Both the position numbers and the translations under genes were made by a program. The notes under the pieces are model-generated. The model did no database searches. It was not told where the DNA came from and saw only the letters and a list, made by a program, of their open reading frames with translations. From contig NIVC01000741.1 of the NCBI GenBank assembly GCA_002269645.1, positions 186,001 through 250,000 on the forward strand: DNA of 64,000 nt, read 5' to 3'. Shown here piece by piece: positions 46,073 to 59,054 of the stretch. Source of the stretch: Macrostomum lignano. Lineage: Eukaryota. Positions within the stretch are counted from its first letter, which is position 1, and the number at the start of each line of letters is the position of its first letter.

Positions 46073-49000
46073 TCACAGTTTGTAGTTAATCACTGCGTCT
46101 CGCGCTCTTCTCGGGTGTCTGCGCATTGCGATTGACTCGCCGCCGTCTGCTTCAGCGGGACCCGCGCTGGCTGGCGGCTGGCCGGCCGCTGCTTCAGGCG
46201 GATGCAGCGGCTGTGAAACCGGCCGGATGTGCACCAGGTGACGCATGCACGACTGTCCTTGCCTTTGCAGAGTGAATGTGTCGCCTTTGACGGACTCGAC
46301 CACCCAGGGTTCCAGTTCGAACGGGGTGTGCAGCTTGGACTTGTTCTGCCGTCGAAGGACTCGGTCACCCGGCCGGATGCTGTGCTGTCGAACCCGCTTG
46401 GTCTTGTCGAAGCCGGCCTTCATGTTGTCGTTGTAGCGGTTGTGCCGGTTCTTGATGTCACTGGTAGACCAGCTGGCTCGCCGTGATGGTCTGACTGATG
46501 GAATGACGTCGTTAACTCTGCGACCCATCAGAAGTTCAGCCGGCGCTTTGCCTGTGGCTCTGTGCGGAGTCACCCGGAATGCGAGGAGCCACTCATCCAG
46601 CGCCTCTTTCCAGCAGCGACCTTCAGCGATAGCGGCTCTGACAACTTTGTTCACTGAGCGATTGACGCGTTCGGTGGCACCGTTGGCTTCAGGATGCAGC
46701 GGGCAGATGAGGCGGTGTTTGACGCCGAACGAGGTCAGGAAAGCGCGGAACTCGTGCGAGCTGAAAGGCGGCCCGTTGTCTGTGATCAGCTCCAGCGGGA
46801 CCCCGTGGCGGGCGAAGAGCTGTCGTATGTGAGGAATAACTGTTGCTGCTGATGTTGAGCTGACGTAGTTGATTTCAGGATATTTAGAAAACAGGTCCGT
46901 CGTGACGAGAAGCATCTGTCCTTGGATGGGCCCATAGAAGTCCATTACTAGCAGGAGCCAGGCCCCATCCGGGATCTTTGTAGGCCTCAGCGGCGCATGG
47001 TAGGTAGCGTGGGATGTGGCCTGACATGGCAGACACGCTTGAACGAATGCCTCGCAGTCGGCTCGAACCCCTGGCCACCACACCTTGGTCTGCAGCCGCT
47101 GGAGTGTCCGCTCGGCGCTGAGATGTCCAGTGTGTGCCAGTGCTAAGACCTGCCGCCGCAGCGATGAAGGCACGACGATAAAGTCACCGCGGAGTAGAAC
47201 TCCGTCGCTTTCTGATAGCTCGTGCTCGATTCCTTTGAAGGTTCGCTGTGTACTGCTGTGCTGGTTCCAATGCTGCGTCTTGATGCCGGTGATGGCAGCC
47301 TGGATGTCCATGTCGCTTCCGGTAGCTGTTTTGAAGTCTTCTAGAGATAGACCGCGGGGGACAGCACTTTTGACCACTGCGTTGATGTAGGTGGCGTCCA
47401 GAGTTTCACCGATAGCACGAGACAGATCTGTTGGCATCGGCTGTCGGCTTAGAAGGTCCGACGGGTTCGATGCGCCGGGCCGGTATTCGAGCTTGAACTG
47501 AAGATGTTGGATGCGGAGCGCCATTCGCTCAATTCTCGGCGGCGGCCGTGAACCCGGCTTAAAAAGCGGGATCAGAGGCTTGTGATCTGTGACGATGGTA
47601 AAATTCGAATTGCCAGCCAAGTAGAAGTCGAACTTAAGGCAGCCGAATTTTACGGCCAAAGCCTCGCGCTCTATTTGTGAGTAGCGCTGCTCAACTGGAG
47701 TCAGAGTTCGACTGGCGTAGGCGACGGGCCTGACGGTGCCATTCGGTTGCTTCTGGCTGAGAATTGCGCCCAGTCCGATTGGTGAAGCATCGACGACAAG
47801 TTCTGTGGACCGATTGCAATCAAAGAAGGCCAGCGTTTCTGGCTTGCTGATAGCGCTTTTCAACGCGTTGAAGGCCTCTGCATGCTGAGTCGTCCATTCC
47901 CAGCGCTTGCACTTCTTGGTTAGCTCGCGCAGTGGGGCTGTCAGGTCGGCGAAGCTCGGGATGAACTTTGACAAATAATTCGCCAGTCCCAGGAAGGACC
48001 GAGTCTCGGATGCGTTGGTTGGTGGTCGAAAATCCTGGACTGCTTGGATTTTCTCAGCTGGCGCCGAAATGCCCTTGGCCGATAATGTAACGCCGAGGAA
48101 GCTGATGGAACTTTTGGCGAACTTGCATTTTTCCGGGTTGACCGTGAGTCCACACTCTAAGAGCCTAGTGAGGCAGTCGTCAAGGCGCTGATTGTGCTGC
48201 TGCATACTGTCCGCATATATGATGACGTCATCATGGATCCACCGGACTCCGGGGAGGCCGCTGAGCACTCCTGACATGATCCGCTGCAAGATTTCAGAGG
48301 CACTTGTAAACCCCATGCTCAGTCGCTTTAGCCGCATCAATCCGATGGGGGTGCTGAATGTGAACAAGTGTCGGCTTTCTTCATCCACCGGTATTTGGTA
48401 GAATGCTTTGCAGATGTCCAGCTCGCTGAATAGGGTTGCTCCGGCCATCTCTTCTGTGACCTCGTCCAAGGTGGGTATGGCTTGCTTTTCCGGGATCACA
48501 AATTTGTTGAGGTCTCGAAGGTCTTGGCATATTCTGACGCCTCCAGACGACTTCGGTACAACGACCATGCGAGACACCCACGGTGTGGGACCGGTTACCG
48601 GCTCGATGACGTCTAAGTCCAGTAAACCCTGCAGCTCTTTTTCCACTGCTGTCTTTAGGTGGACCGGAACTCGGGCTGGTGGATGGCAGACCGGGATGGC
48701 ATCTTCTTGGAGTCGCACTGATACCTCGACGCCTTTGACGCAGCCGAGCCCTGTGAAGACATTCTTGTGCTTCTGCAAGACTGTCCTCAGTTGTGGATCA
48801 TTCGGAAGGTTTGCTTCGACAGCGCTGACGTCGGAGAGCTGCTTCGGCCGGCGAATTTCGAGCAAACCGAGTTCAAAGGCGGCCTGGCGCCCGAGTAATG
48901 TGGCACCCCGCCCTTCCATCACGTAGAACGGCGTCTTGCAGCAGTTCTTGCCCACGGTGATTACAAGATGCGACATTCCTTTGATGTTGAGCGGGGCAGA

Positions 49001-49750
49001 TGCGCCGTACGCCTTGATGACGCGGTTGGTATGGAGAAGTTGCACTCCGTGGAGCTTCTTGAATGTCTCATCGCTCATGATGTTGCAGCTGGCCCCGCTG
49101 TCTACCATCATATCTAGAGGCTCACCTCCAACCAGGACTCGCACTGTCACATCTTCTGGGTACTGCACCCGGTCAGCGGGCAGAGTGAAGACGTCCTCAG
49201 TAATGCTCTCGTCGGTGTAGAGAATTTGTGCTTCTTCAGTTGAAACAGAGTTCACTGTCGAATATCGAGCCGCGCCTCCGTTGCCAAATGGTTCGGTTTT
49301 CCGCAGTTGCTGCAAGTTTTGCCTCTAGCAGCTTCACAGTTGCTGTGGCCGGATTCGCCGCATCTGTAGCAGGTGAGGGATTGACTTGTTGATTGTGGTG
49401 GGCGGTCCAAATGACTTCTTCTGTTTGGCTGTTGTTGCCGATGCCGTTGCCGTTGCGTGGTGCCTTGCTGGCTGATAGCAGCGACGGTCGAGTCCTTCGA
49501 TTGCTCGATTGCGGTTGCTTGCGCTTCTGAAGCTTCGTGGGCTCTCGCACACTTGAGAGCGTCGCTGAGCGAAATGTCAGATTCTCGCAGTAGTCGGCGA
49601 CGAAGTGCGTCAGAGAGGCAGGTGGCGACCAACTGATCACGAATGATGGAATCTCGAAGTTCTCCGAAGTCGCAGGTGTCAGCGGATGCTTTCATCCGAG
49701 CGTACCAGTTGTCTATGGTCTCTCCCAGCTGTTGTGCTGCCTGCCAGGCC
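46073..49750 (-). mobile_element. Gypsy (Mag-like) element with 5'-truncated gag and an intact 1080-codon pol; no LTRs found
   Basis: gag GETID...DTCDFG and two zinc knuckles; protease VDSGAS; RT IHDDVII; RNase H DASPIGLG and TDHKPL; integrase HHCC plus D, D (TDNG), E (ERVNR); gag-pol frameshift near 49290. Confidence 0.9.
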
Positions 49751-50772
49751 ACCTCGAGACCTGTCGAGGAAGCAGCAGCCACTATCACTTCACGTACAAT
49801 ATGATTTTATTTCGTTTGATTGATTTCGTTTTTGAGCAATTTTTGGCCATTTTTGGGTGTAAGACTCAGCTGGCAGCTAGCTTACTTGTACATCTGAATT
49901 TTACAATCGAAAAGGTATAATTTTGATCAGCCGGCATAAATTTTTGCCTCAAAAATTAAAACTAGCGAACCATTGAGTCTTACTCGGCGAAAGAAACTAG
50001 ATGTACATGTATCCTGCTGGGACGCTTCGCGCTTTATGGTTAAGCCGAAAAGGATCACTAGCCACACTTTAGACAAGGACTACTTATACATGTACACTTG
50101 AAGGATGCAACACTTGCAAATCGTGCAAAAATACTTGAAGGCCGAGTATTAAAATGTCTGTGTCTCCGAATCGGTTGCATGTAGGCTACTTTTTTCGACA
50201 GATTGTTCAGATTTTTGTATGCAAGCACGTTTACTGCGTGCAGGAATGACTTTTGAGCACGCTAATTGAGATCATTGAGATTGAGCAATGGGCAAAAGGG
50301 TTGCTGATCACAAGCATGGTTGATTTTGATAACTATTGCGAGTTTTGCGAGATTCGAGAGATGATGAGAGAAGATAAGAAATCAATCAGGGCTCAAAGTG
50401 TTAGGTAATAAAAAAGCTATAAAATCCTTAAAGGCATAATTTTGTGCAAGTTGCGTAATCTCGGTGAGTATGCTGCATGCACATCGCATCTCTACTGCCA
50501 CTGTTAATCATATTGTACGCGTACATGGACTAATCTTAGTGTTTAGACTAGCAATCTACGCCCCCCGATGGGGAGCCAAAGAAATGCAATAGCTACACGT
50601 TTTTTTAATAAGCTACATGTATCCTTGAAATCTTAAAAAATCTCCTGTCAAACCTTGTAAGCCTTGACATGTCAGTAATTCCCCACCACAAGCTTTAACA
50701 TATCAACTCCCCCCTTGACATCTCAGCAATGCCCCCAATAAGCCTTGGAAATCTAAAAAATCTGTCAACCTT

Positions 50773-50822
50773 CTAACCCTAACCCTAGCCTAACTCTAAC
50801 CCTAACCCTAACCTAACCCTAA
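50773..50822. repeat. Interstitial telomere-like (CCCTAA)n tract inside the Helitron; second copy at 56511-56538
   Basis: Direct inspection. Confidence 0.8.
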
Positions 50823-51738
50823 AGCATTGACATTTCAGTAATTCTCTCTAAGAGTCATTATAGCACTGCTACAGCATTATAGCGATTTCCTGCAAGCCTC
50901 GACATTGTAGGGATTCCCAAATGAATCTCTTAACTTCGACATGAAGCTTCTTTTATTTTTTACATTACGCTTTTTTTATCAGCAATCCCTCCCCTGAGGA
51001 GGCATCAAATAATGTAATAAAAAGTTTTCAATAAACTTTACATGATTGTTTACATGTAGCTTCTGACTTTAGCTTTGAAATCTCATTTATACCCCCGTGA
51101 GCCTTGACATCTCAGCTATTCCCCCCGTAAGCCTTGACATGTCAGCGATGGCCTCCATAAACCTTGAAATCTGAAAAATCCCCCGTTAACCTTGAAACCC
51201 GATAAAATATAACCCTCAACCCACACCTGACCTAAACCTAACTTTAACCCAACCTAAAGCCTTGAATCTCAGCAATTCTTCTCCCCTAAGCCTTGACATT
51301 TTAGTGATTCCTTCTTTAAGAATCACAGCACTATAACGATTCCCTCCAAGCTTTGACATCATAGCAATTCCCAAATGAATCTTTTAACTTCGACATGACT
51401 TTTCTTTTATGTATACATAGTGCTACTTTTATTTTTTACATGACTCTTCTACTATCAGCGACCCCCCCGTGGCGAGCCAACAAAGAATGTAATAAAAAAA
51501 TTGAGTAAAGTACATGAACTTTGAAGTAGCTTCTGACTTTTGCTTTGACATCTCAGCAACCCCCCCCCCCGTAATCTCAGTTATTCTCTGAGAGCCTTGA
51601 CGTCTCAGTTTTTCTCCCCAGCACAGCATTATAGCTGCATTTATTTTTACATGACACCCTTCATGTCTGACATGACGCTTCTTTTATTCTACCATGATGC
51701 TTCTTCATTTTTTAAATGACACTTTCCTTAGTTTTTAA

Positions 51739-54700
51739 ATGAGGCTTCTATGATTTTTTCATGACGCTTCTATGATTTTAACATGACGCTTCTATGACTT
51801 TTTTTACATGACGCTTCTATGATTTTTTCTTGACGCTTCTATAATTTTTACATGACGCTTCTATGATTTTTTACATGACGCTTCTATGATTGTTTACATG
51901 ACGCTTCTCTGATTGTTTACATGACGCTTCTATGATTTTTTTAAATAACGCTTTCTATGATTTTTAAATGACGCTTCTACGATTTTTTACATGACGCTTC
52001 TATGATTGTTTACATGACGCTTCTATGATTTTTTACATGACGCTTCTATGATTTTTACATGACGCTTCTATGATTGTTTCATGACGCTTCTATGATTGTT
52101 TACATGACGCTTCTATGATTTTGACATGACGCTTCTATGATTTTTTACATGACGCTTCTATGATTTTTTACATGACGCTTCTATGATTGTTTACATGACG
52201 CATCTATGATTGTTTACCTGACACATCTATGATTTTTATATGACGCTTCTATGATTTTTACATGACGCTTCTATGATTTTTACATGACGCTTCTATGATT
52301 TTTTACATGACGCTTCTATGATTGTTTACATGACGCTTCTATGATTGTTTACATGACGCTTCTATGATTGTTTACATGACGCATCTATGATTGTTTACCT
52401 GACGCATCTATGATTTTTATATGACGCTTCTATGATTTTTACATGACGCTTCTATGATTGTTTACATGACGCTTCTATGATTTTTTACATGGCGCTTCTA
52501 TGATTGTTTATATGACGCTTTTATGATTGTTTACATGACGCTTCTATGATTGTTTCATGACGCTTCTATGATTGTTTACATGACGCTTCTATGATTTTTA
52601 TATGATGCTTCTATGATTGTTTAAATGACGCTTCTATGATTTTTTACATGACGCTTCTATCATTTTTACATAACGCTTCTATGATTTTTACATGACGCTT
52701 CTACGATTTCTACATGACGCTTCTATGATTTTTTACATGACGCTTCTATGATTTTTACATGATGCTTCTATGATTGTTTACATGACGCTTCTATGATTTT
52801 TTATATGACGCTTCTATCATTTTTACATAACGCTTCTATGATTTTTACATGACGCTTCTACGATTTTTACATGACGCTTCTATGATTTTTTACATGACGC
52901 TTCTATGATTTTTACATGACGCTACTATGATTTTTACATGACGCTTTTATGATTTTTTACATGACGCTTTGATGATTTTTTACATGACGCTTCTACGATT
53001 TTGGCAGGACGATTCTACGATTTTACATGACGCTTCTATGATTTTTACATGACGCTTCTACGATTTTTACATGACGCTTTTATGATTTTTTACATGACGC
53101 TTCTATGATTGTTTCATGACGCTTCTATGATTTTTACATGACGCTTCTATGATTGTTTACTTTCTTCTATGATTGTTTACATGACGCTTCTATGATTGTT
53201 TCATGACGCTTCTATGATTTTTACATGACGCTTCTATGATTTTTACATGACGCTTCTATGATTTTTTACATGACGCTTCTACGATTTTGGCAGGACGATT
53301 CTACGATTTTACATGACGCTTCTATGATTTTTACATGACGCTTCTACGATTTTTACATGACGCTTTTATGATTTTTTACATGACGCTTCTATGATTGTTT
53401 CATGACGCTTCTATGATTTTTACATGACGCTTCTATGATTGTTTACATTCTTCTATGCTTGTTTACATGACGCTTCTATGATTGTTTAAATGACGCTTTT
53501 ATGATTTTTACATGGCGCTTCTATGATTGTTTACATGACGCTTCTATGATTGTTTACATGACGCTTTTATGATTTTTACATGGCGCTTCTATGATTGTTT
53601 ACATGACGCTTCTATGATTGTTTACATGACGCTTCTATGATTGTTTCATGACGCTTCTATGATTGTTTACATGACGCTTCTATGATTTTGACATGACGCT
53701 TCTATGATTGTTTACATGAAGCTTCTATGATTTTGACATGACGCTTCTATGATTGTTTACATGACGCTTCTATGATTTTGACATGGCGCTTCTATGACTT
53801 TTTTACATGACGCTTCTATGATTTTTTCTTGACGCTTCTATAATTTTTACATGACGCTTCTATGATTTTTACATGACGCTTCTATGATTGTTTACTTTCT
53901 TCTATGATTGTTTACATGACGCTTCTATGATTGTTTCATGACGCTTCTATGATTTTTACATGACGCTTCTATGATTTTTACATGACGCTTCTATGATTTT
54001 TTACATGACGCTTCTACGATTTTGGCAGGACGATTCTACGATTTTACATGACGCTTCTATGATTTTTACATGACGCTTCTACGATTTTTACATGACGCTT
54101 TTATGATTTTTTACATGACGCTTCTATGATTGTTTCATGACGCTTCTATGATTTTTACATGACGCTTCTATGATTGTTTACATTCTTCTATGCTTGTTTA
54201 CATGACGCTTCTATGATTGTTTAAATGACGCTTTTATGATTTTTACATGGCGCTTCTATGATTGTTTACATGACGCTTCTATGATTGTTTACATGACGCT
54301 TTTATGATTTTTACATGGCGCTTCTATGATTGTTTACATGACGCTTCTATGATTGTTTACATGACGCTTCTATGATTGTTTCATGACGCTTCTATGATTG
54401 TTTACATGACGCTTCTATGATTTTGACATGACGCTTCTATGATTGTTTACATGAAGCTTCTATGATTTTGACATGACGCTTCTATGATTGTTTACATGAC
54501 GCTTCTATGATTTTGACATGGCGCTTCTATGACTTTTTTACATGACGCTTCTATGATTTTTTCTTGACGCTTCTATAATTTTTACATGACGCTTCTATGA
54601 TTTTTTACATGACGCTTCTATGATTGTTTACATGACGCTTCTCTGATTGTTTACATGACGCTTCTATGATTTTTTTAAATAACGCTTTCTATGATTTTTA

Positions 54701-55253
54701 AATGACGCTTCTACGATTTTTTACATGACGCTTCTATGATTGTTTACATGACGCTTCTATGATTTTTTACATGACGCTTCTATGATTTTTACATGACGCT
54801 TCTATGATTTTTTACATGACGCTTCTATGATTTTTTACATGACGCTTCTATGATTTTTACATGACGCTTCTATGATTTTTTACATGACGCTTCTATGATT
54901 GTTTACATGACGCTTCTATGATTGTTTACATGACGCATCTATGATTGTTTACCTGACGCATCTATGATTTTTATATGAAGCTTCTATGATTTTTACATGT
55001 CGCTTCTATGATTTTTACATGACGCTTCTATGATTTTTTACATGACGCTTCTATGATTGTTTACATGACGCTTCTATGATTGTTTACATGACGCTTCTAT
55101 GATTGTTTACATGACGCATCTATGATTGTTTACCTGACGCATCTATGATTTTTATATGACGCTTCTATGATTTTTACATGACGCTTCTATGATTGTTTAC
55201 ATGACGCTTCTATGATTGTTTACATGACGCTTCTATGATTTTTTACATGACGC
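51739..55253. repeat. Satellite A, 22-23-bp unit (catgacgcttctatgattttta / ...attgttta)
   Basis: Direct inspection, about 150 units. Confidence 0.97.
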
Positions 55254-57486
55254 CTTTAGTCCTTTATTGTTTTTTTAATAAAAGCTTTTAATAAAAAAAT
55301 TTTCACTACTAAGATTCGAACCCAGGTCGCTGCATTGGCAGTCCAGTCTGTTCACTTCTAGGCTAGATCTTATTGAATTATAAATGAAATTGTAGCACTC
55401 ATATAATTCAACACTCACTCACGAAGCAGTTATGACATAATCAATTTCCCAGGCAAGTCAGCATCAGTCTCAATTAAAGTTGAGAATATGGTTATGCAAT
55501 CTAAATCAAGTCTGGTGCTACGCTTCCACACTGCATTTTCAATACTGTGACGCAATTCAAGTTGGAGTTACAATTCAGTTATGATGCAATCTATTTCAGA
55601 ATCAGATTCAACCAGTCAATTTTTCTCTTAGCATTCTTACAATGCATTTCAAGTCGAAAAGTTTGCTTGACCTTTGCAAAAAAGCATGTTTTTCGAATAT
55701 TTAATGCCTTTAGCATCGAGCAATTTCTTAGCCACGATGCATGTACCGTCACGGGAAAATTTCTGATCGAACAGTGCAAGTTCGAACAAAATCGGTCCAG
55801 CCATTTTTTCTCTAATCGATCACATAGATAGATAGATAGATAGATAGATAGACACAGACAGACCATTTTTAGTATATAGGATGGACATTCAAGCAAGCAT
55901 ACAAACCTTAGAGATTTAGTATATTTAGACTAGCTAAAGTTTTGCCCCCCTTCGGGGAGCAGAAATAATTAATATTCGTCTAATATAATATACCTTTTAG
56001 CAGGAGTACTTTAAGTGTTTTTCTTAAGCTTAAGCTTAAAATAGGAATTTTTGGAGATCGTTAATAACGCATTTTAGGTAAAACAAAACTATCAACTTTT
56101 TACAGTTTTTAGTTTAGAGCCCTGTATATGTCAACGTGTTTGATAAAAATTATTTTTATCATTTTTGATAAAAAATGGCCTTCGGGTGGCCAATAAGCAA
56201 GGGACGAATCCTTTTAAATGAAAAAAAATTCTTAGGGAGGGGGGCTAGGAATCGAATTCTCATTTTAATTCCAGGCTTATGTACCAATAAAACATGTTTG
56301 TGCAGAATTTTATAACAGACATTGAAATTCAACCATACTTGCCTTCTTTCAGAGCTACTTCTACCAGTATGCTTCAGTACGCTACCAGTACCCTTGTAAG
56401 CCTTGACATGTCAGCAATCCCTCCCCACAAGCCTTAACATATCAACTCCCCCCTTGACATCTCAGCAATGCTCCCACAAGCCTTGAAATCTTAAAAAATC
56501 TGTCTATTTTCTAACCCTAACCCTAACCCTAACCCTAAAGCATTGAAATTTCAGTAATTCTCTCTAAGAGTCTATAGCACTACTACAGCATTATAGCGAT
56601 TCCCTGCAAGCCTCGACATCGTAGGGATTCCCAAATGAATCTCTTAACTTTGACATGAAGCTTCTTTTTTTTTTACATTACGCTTTTTCTATCAGCGATC
56701 CCTCCCGTGAGGAGCCAACAAATAATGTAATAACTTTTTTCCAATAAACTACATGTAGCTTCTGACATTAGCCTTGACATCTCATTTATTCCCCCGTGAG
56801 CCTTGACATCTCAGCTATAGATAGATAGATAGATTCCCCTCGTAAGCCTTGACATGTCAGCGATGCCCCCCATAAACCTTGAAATCTAAAAAATCCCCTG
56901 TTAACCTTGAAACGCGCTAAAATCTAACCCTCAACCCAAACCTGACGTAAACCTAACTTTCACCCAACCTAAAGCCTTGAAATCACAGCAATTCTTCTTC
57001 CCTAAGCCTTGGCATTTAAGTGATTCCTTCTTTAAGAATCACAGCACTATAACGATTCCCTCCAAGCTTTGACATCGTAGCAATTCCCAAATGAATCTTT
57101 TAACTTTGACATGACTTTTATTTTATGTATACATAGTGCTCCTTTTATTTTTACATGACTCTTCTTCTATCAGCGCCCCCCCCCCACCGTGGCAAGCCAA
57201 CAAAGAATGCAATAAAAAACTTAAGTAAAGTACATGTACTTTGAAGTAGCTTCTGACTTTTGCTTTAACATCTCAGAAACCCCCCTGTAATCTCAGTTAT
57301 TCTCTGTGAGCCTTGACGTCTCAGTAATTCTCCCCAGCACAGCACTGTACTATAGCTTCATTTAATTTTTATATGACATTTCTTTCATGTCTGACATGAC
57401 GCTTCTTTTGATTTTTACGTTACGCTTCTTTTATTCTTCCATGATGCTTCTTAATTTTTTAAATGACACACTTTCATTAGTTTTTA

Positions 57487-58652
57487 TATGAGGCTTCTAT
57501 AATTTTTTCATGACGCTTCTATGCTTGTTTACATGACGCTTGTATGATTTTTACATGACGCTTCTATGATTGTTTACATGACGCTTGTATGATTGTTTAC
57601 ATGACGCTTCTATGATTTTTTACATGACGCTTTTATGATTTTTACATGACGCTTCTATGATTTTTTACATGACGCTTCTATGATTTTTACATGACGCTTC
57701 TATGATTTTTACATGACGCTTCTATGATTTTTACATGACGCTTCTATGATTTTTACATGACGCTTCTATGATTGTTTACATGACGCTTCTATGATTGTAT
57801 ACATGACGCTTCTATGATTGTTTACATGACGCTTCTATGATTGTATACATGACGCTTCTATGATTGTTTACATGACGCTTTTATGATTGTTTACATGACG
57901 CTTGTATGATTGTTTACATGACGCTTCTATGATTTTTTACATGACGCTTTTATGATTTTTACATGACGCTTCTATGATTTTTTACATGACGCTTCTATGA
58001 TTTTTACATGACGCTTCTATGATTTTTACATGACGCTTCTATGATTTTTACATGACGCTTCTATGATTTTTACATGACGCTTCTATGATTGTTTACATGA
58101 CGCTTCTATGATTGTATACATGACGCTTCTATGATTGTTTACATGACGCTTCTATGATTGTATACATGACGCTTCTATGATTGTTTACATGACGCTTTTA
58201 TGATTGTTTACATGACGCTTCTATGATTTTTACATGACGCTTCTATGATTTTTACATGACGCTTCTATGATTGTTTACATGACGCTTGTATGATTGTTTA
58301 CATGACGCTTGTATGATTTTAACATGACGCTTCTATGATTGTTTACATTACGCTTCTATGATTGCTTGCATGACGCTTCTATGATTTTTTATGACGCTTT
58401 TATGATTTTAACATGACGCTTCTATGATTTTTTTACATGACGCTTCTATGATTGTTTACATGACGCTTGTATGATTGTTTACATGACGCTTTTATGATTT
58501 TAACATGACGCTTCTATGATTGTTTACATTACGCTTCTATGATTTTTACATGACGCTTCTATGATTTTTACATGACGCTTCTATGATTGTTTACATGACG
58601 CTTCTATGATTGTTTACATGACGCTTGTATGCTTGTTTACATGACGCTTCCA
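57487..58652. repeat. Satellite A, second array
   Basis: Same unit and same position within the element as 51739-55253. Confidence 0.95.
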
Positions 58653-58811
58653 TAATTTTTTTTGTCTTGGCGTTAAAAGGCTTTAATTAAAAAAACTCTA
58701 CTCTCTAAAAATTCGAACCATCGTCCCTGCATTTAGCAGTTTAGTCTGTTTACCTCTAGGCTAGCTCTCATGAATTTTAGTCATTACCCCTAAATAGAAA
58801 ATATTCCCAAG

Positions 58812-59015
58812 ACAGCAAGCATCCCCCAGTAGCAAGCATCCCCTAATACTCCTAGCAAGCATCCACCCAGATAGCAAGCATCTGCAGATAGCAAGCATCT
58901 TGCAGATAGCAAGCATCTTGCAGATAGCAAGCATACCCCAAATAATGTAGAAGCATCCTTCCAGATAGCAAGCATCCTGCACATAGCAAGAATCCCTAAA
59001 TAGCAAGCATCCCTG
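58812..59015. repeat. Satellite B, 17-18-bp unit (agatagcaagcatcccc), degenerate array
   Basis: Direct inspection. Confidence 0.85.
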
Positions 59016-59054
59016 GATAGAAATAATCCTATACATGTAGCCAAGCTTATCAAG

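Larger units (their letters stand above)
50548..55881 (-). mobile_element. Non-autonomous Helitron copy 1
   Basis: Minus-strand 5'-TCCTATATACTAAAA at 55881, preceded by A; 3' hairpin ccccatcgggg then CTAG ending at 50548; (GATA)n near the 5' end. Confidence 0.72.

Noticed and set aside
49270-49315. Programmed -1 gag-pol frameshift
   Set aside because: No X XXY YYZ heptamer in the gag frame, and the last zinc-knuckle Cys is missing, so a deletion is more likely.
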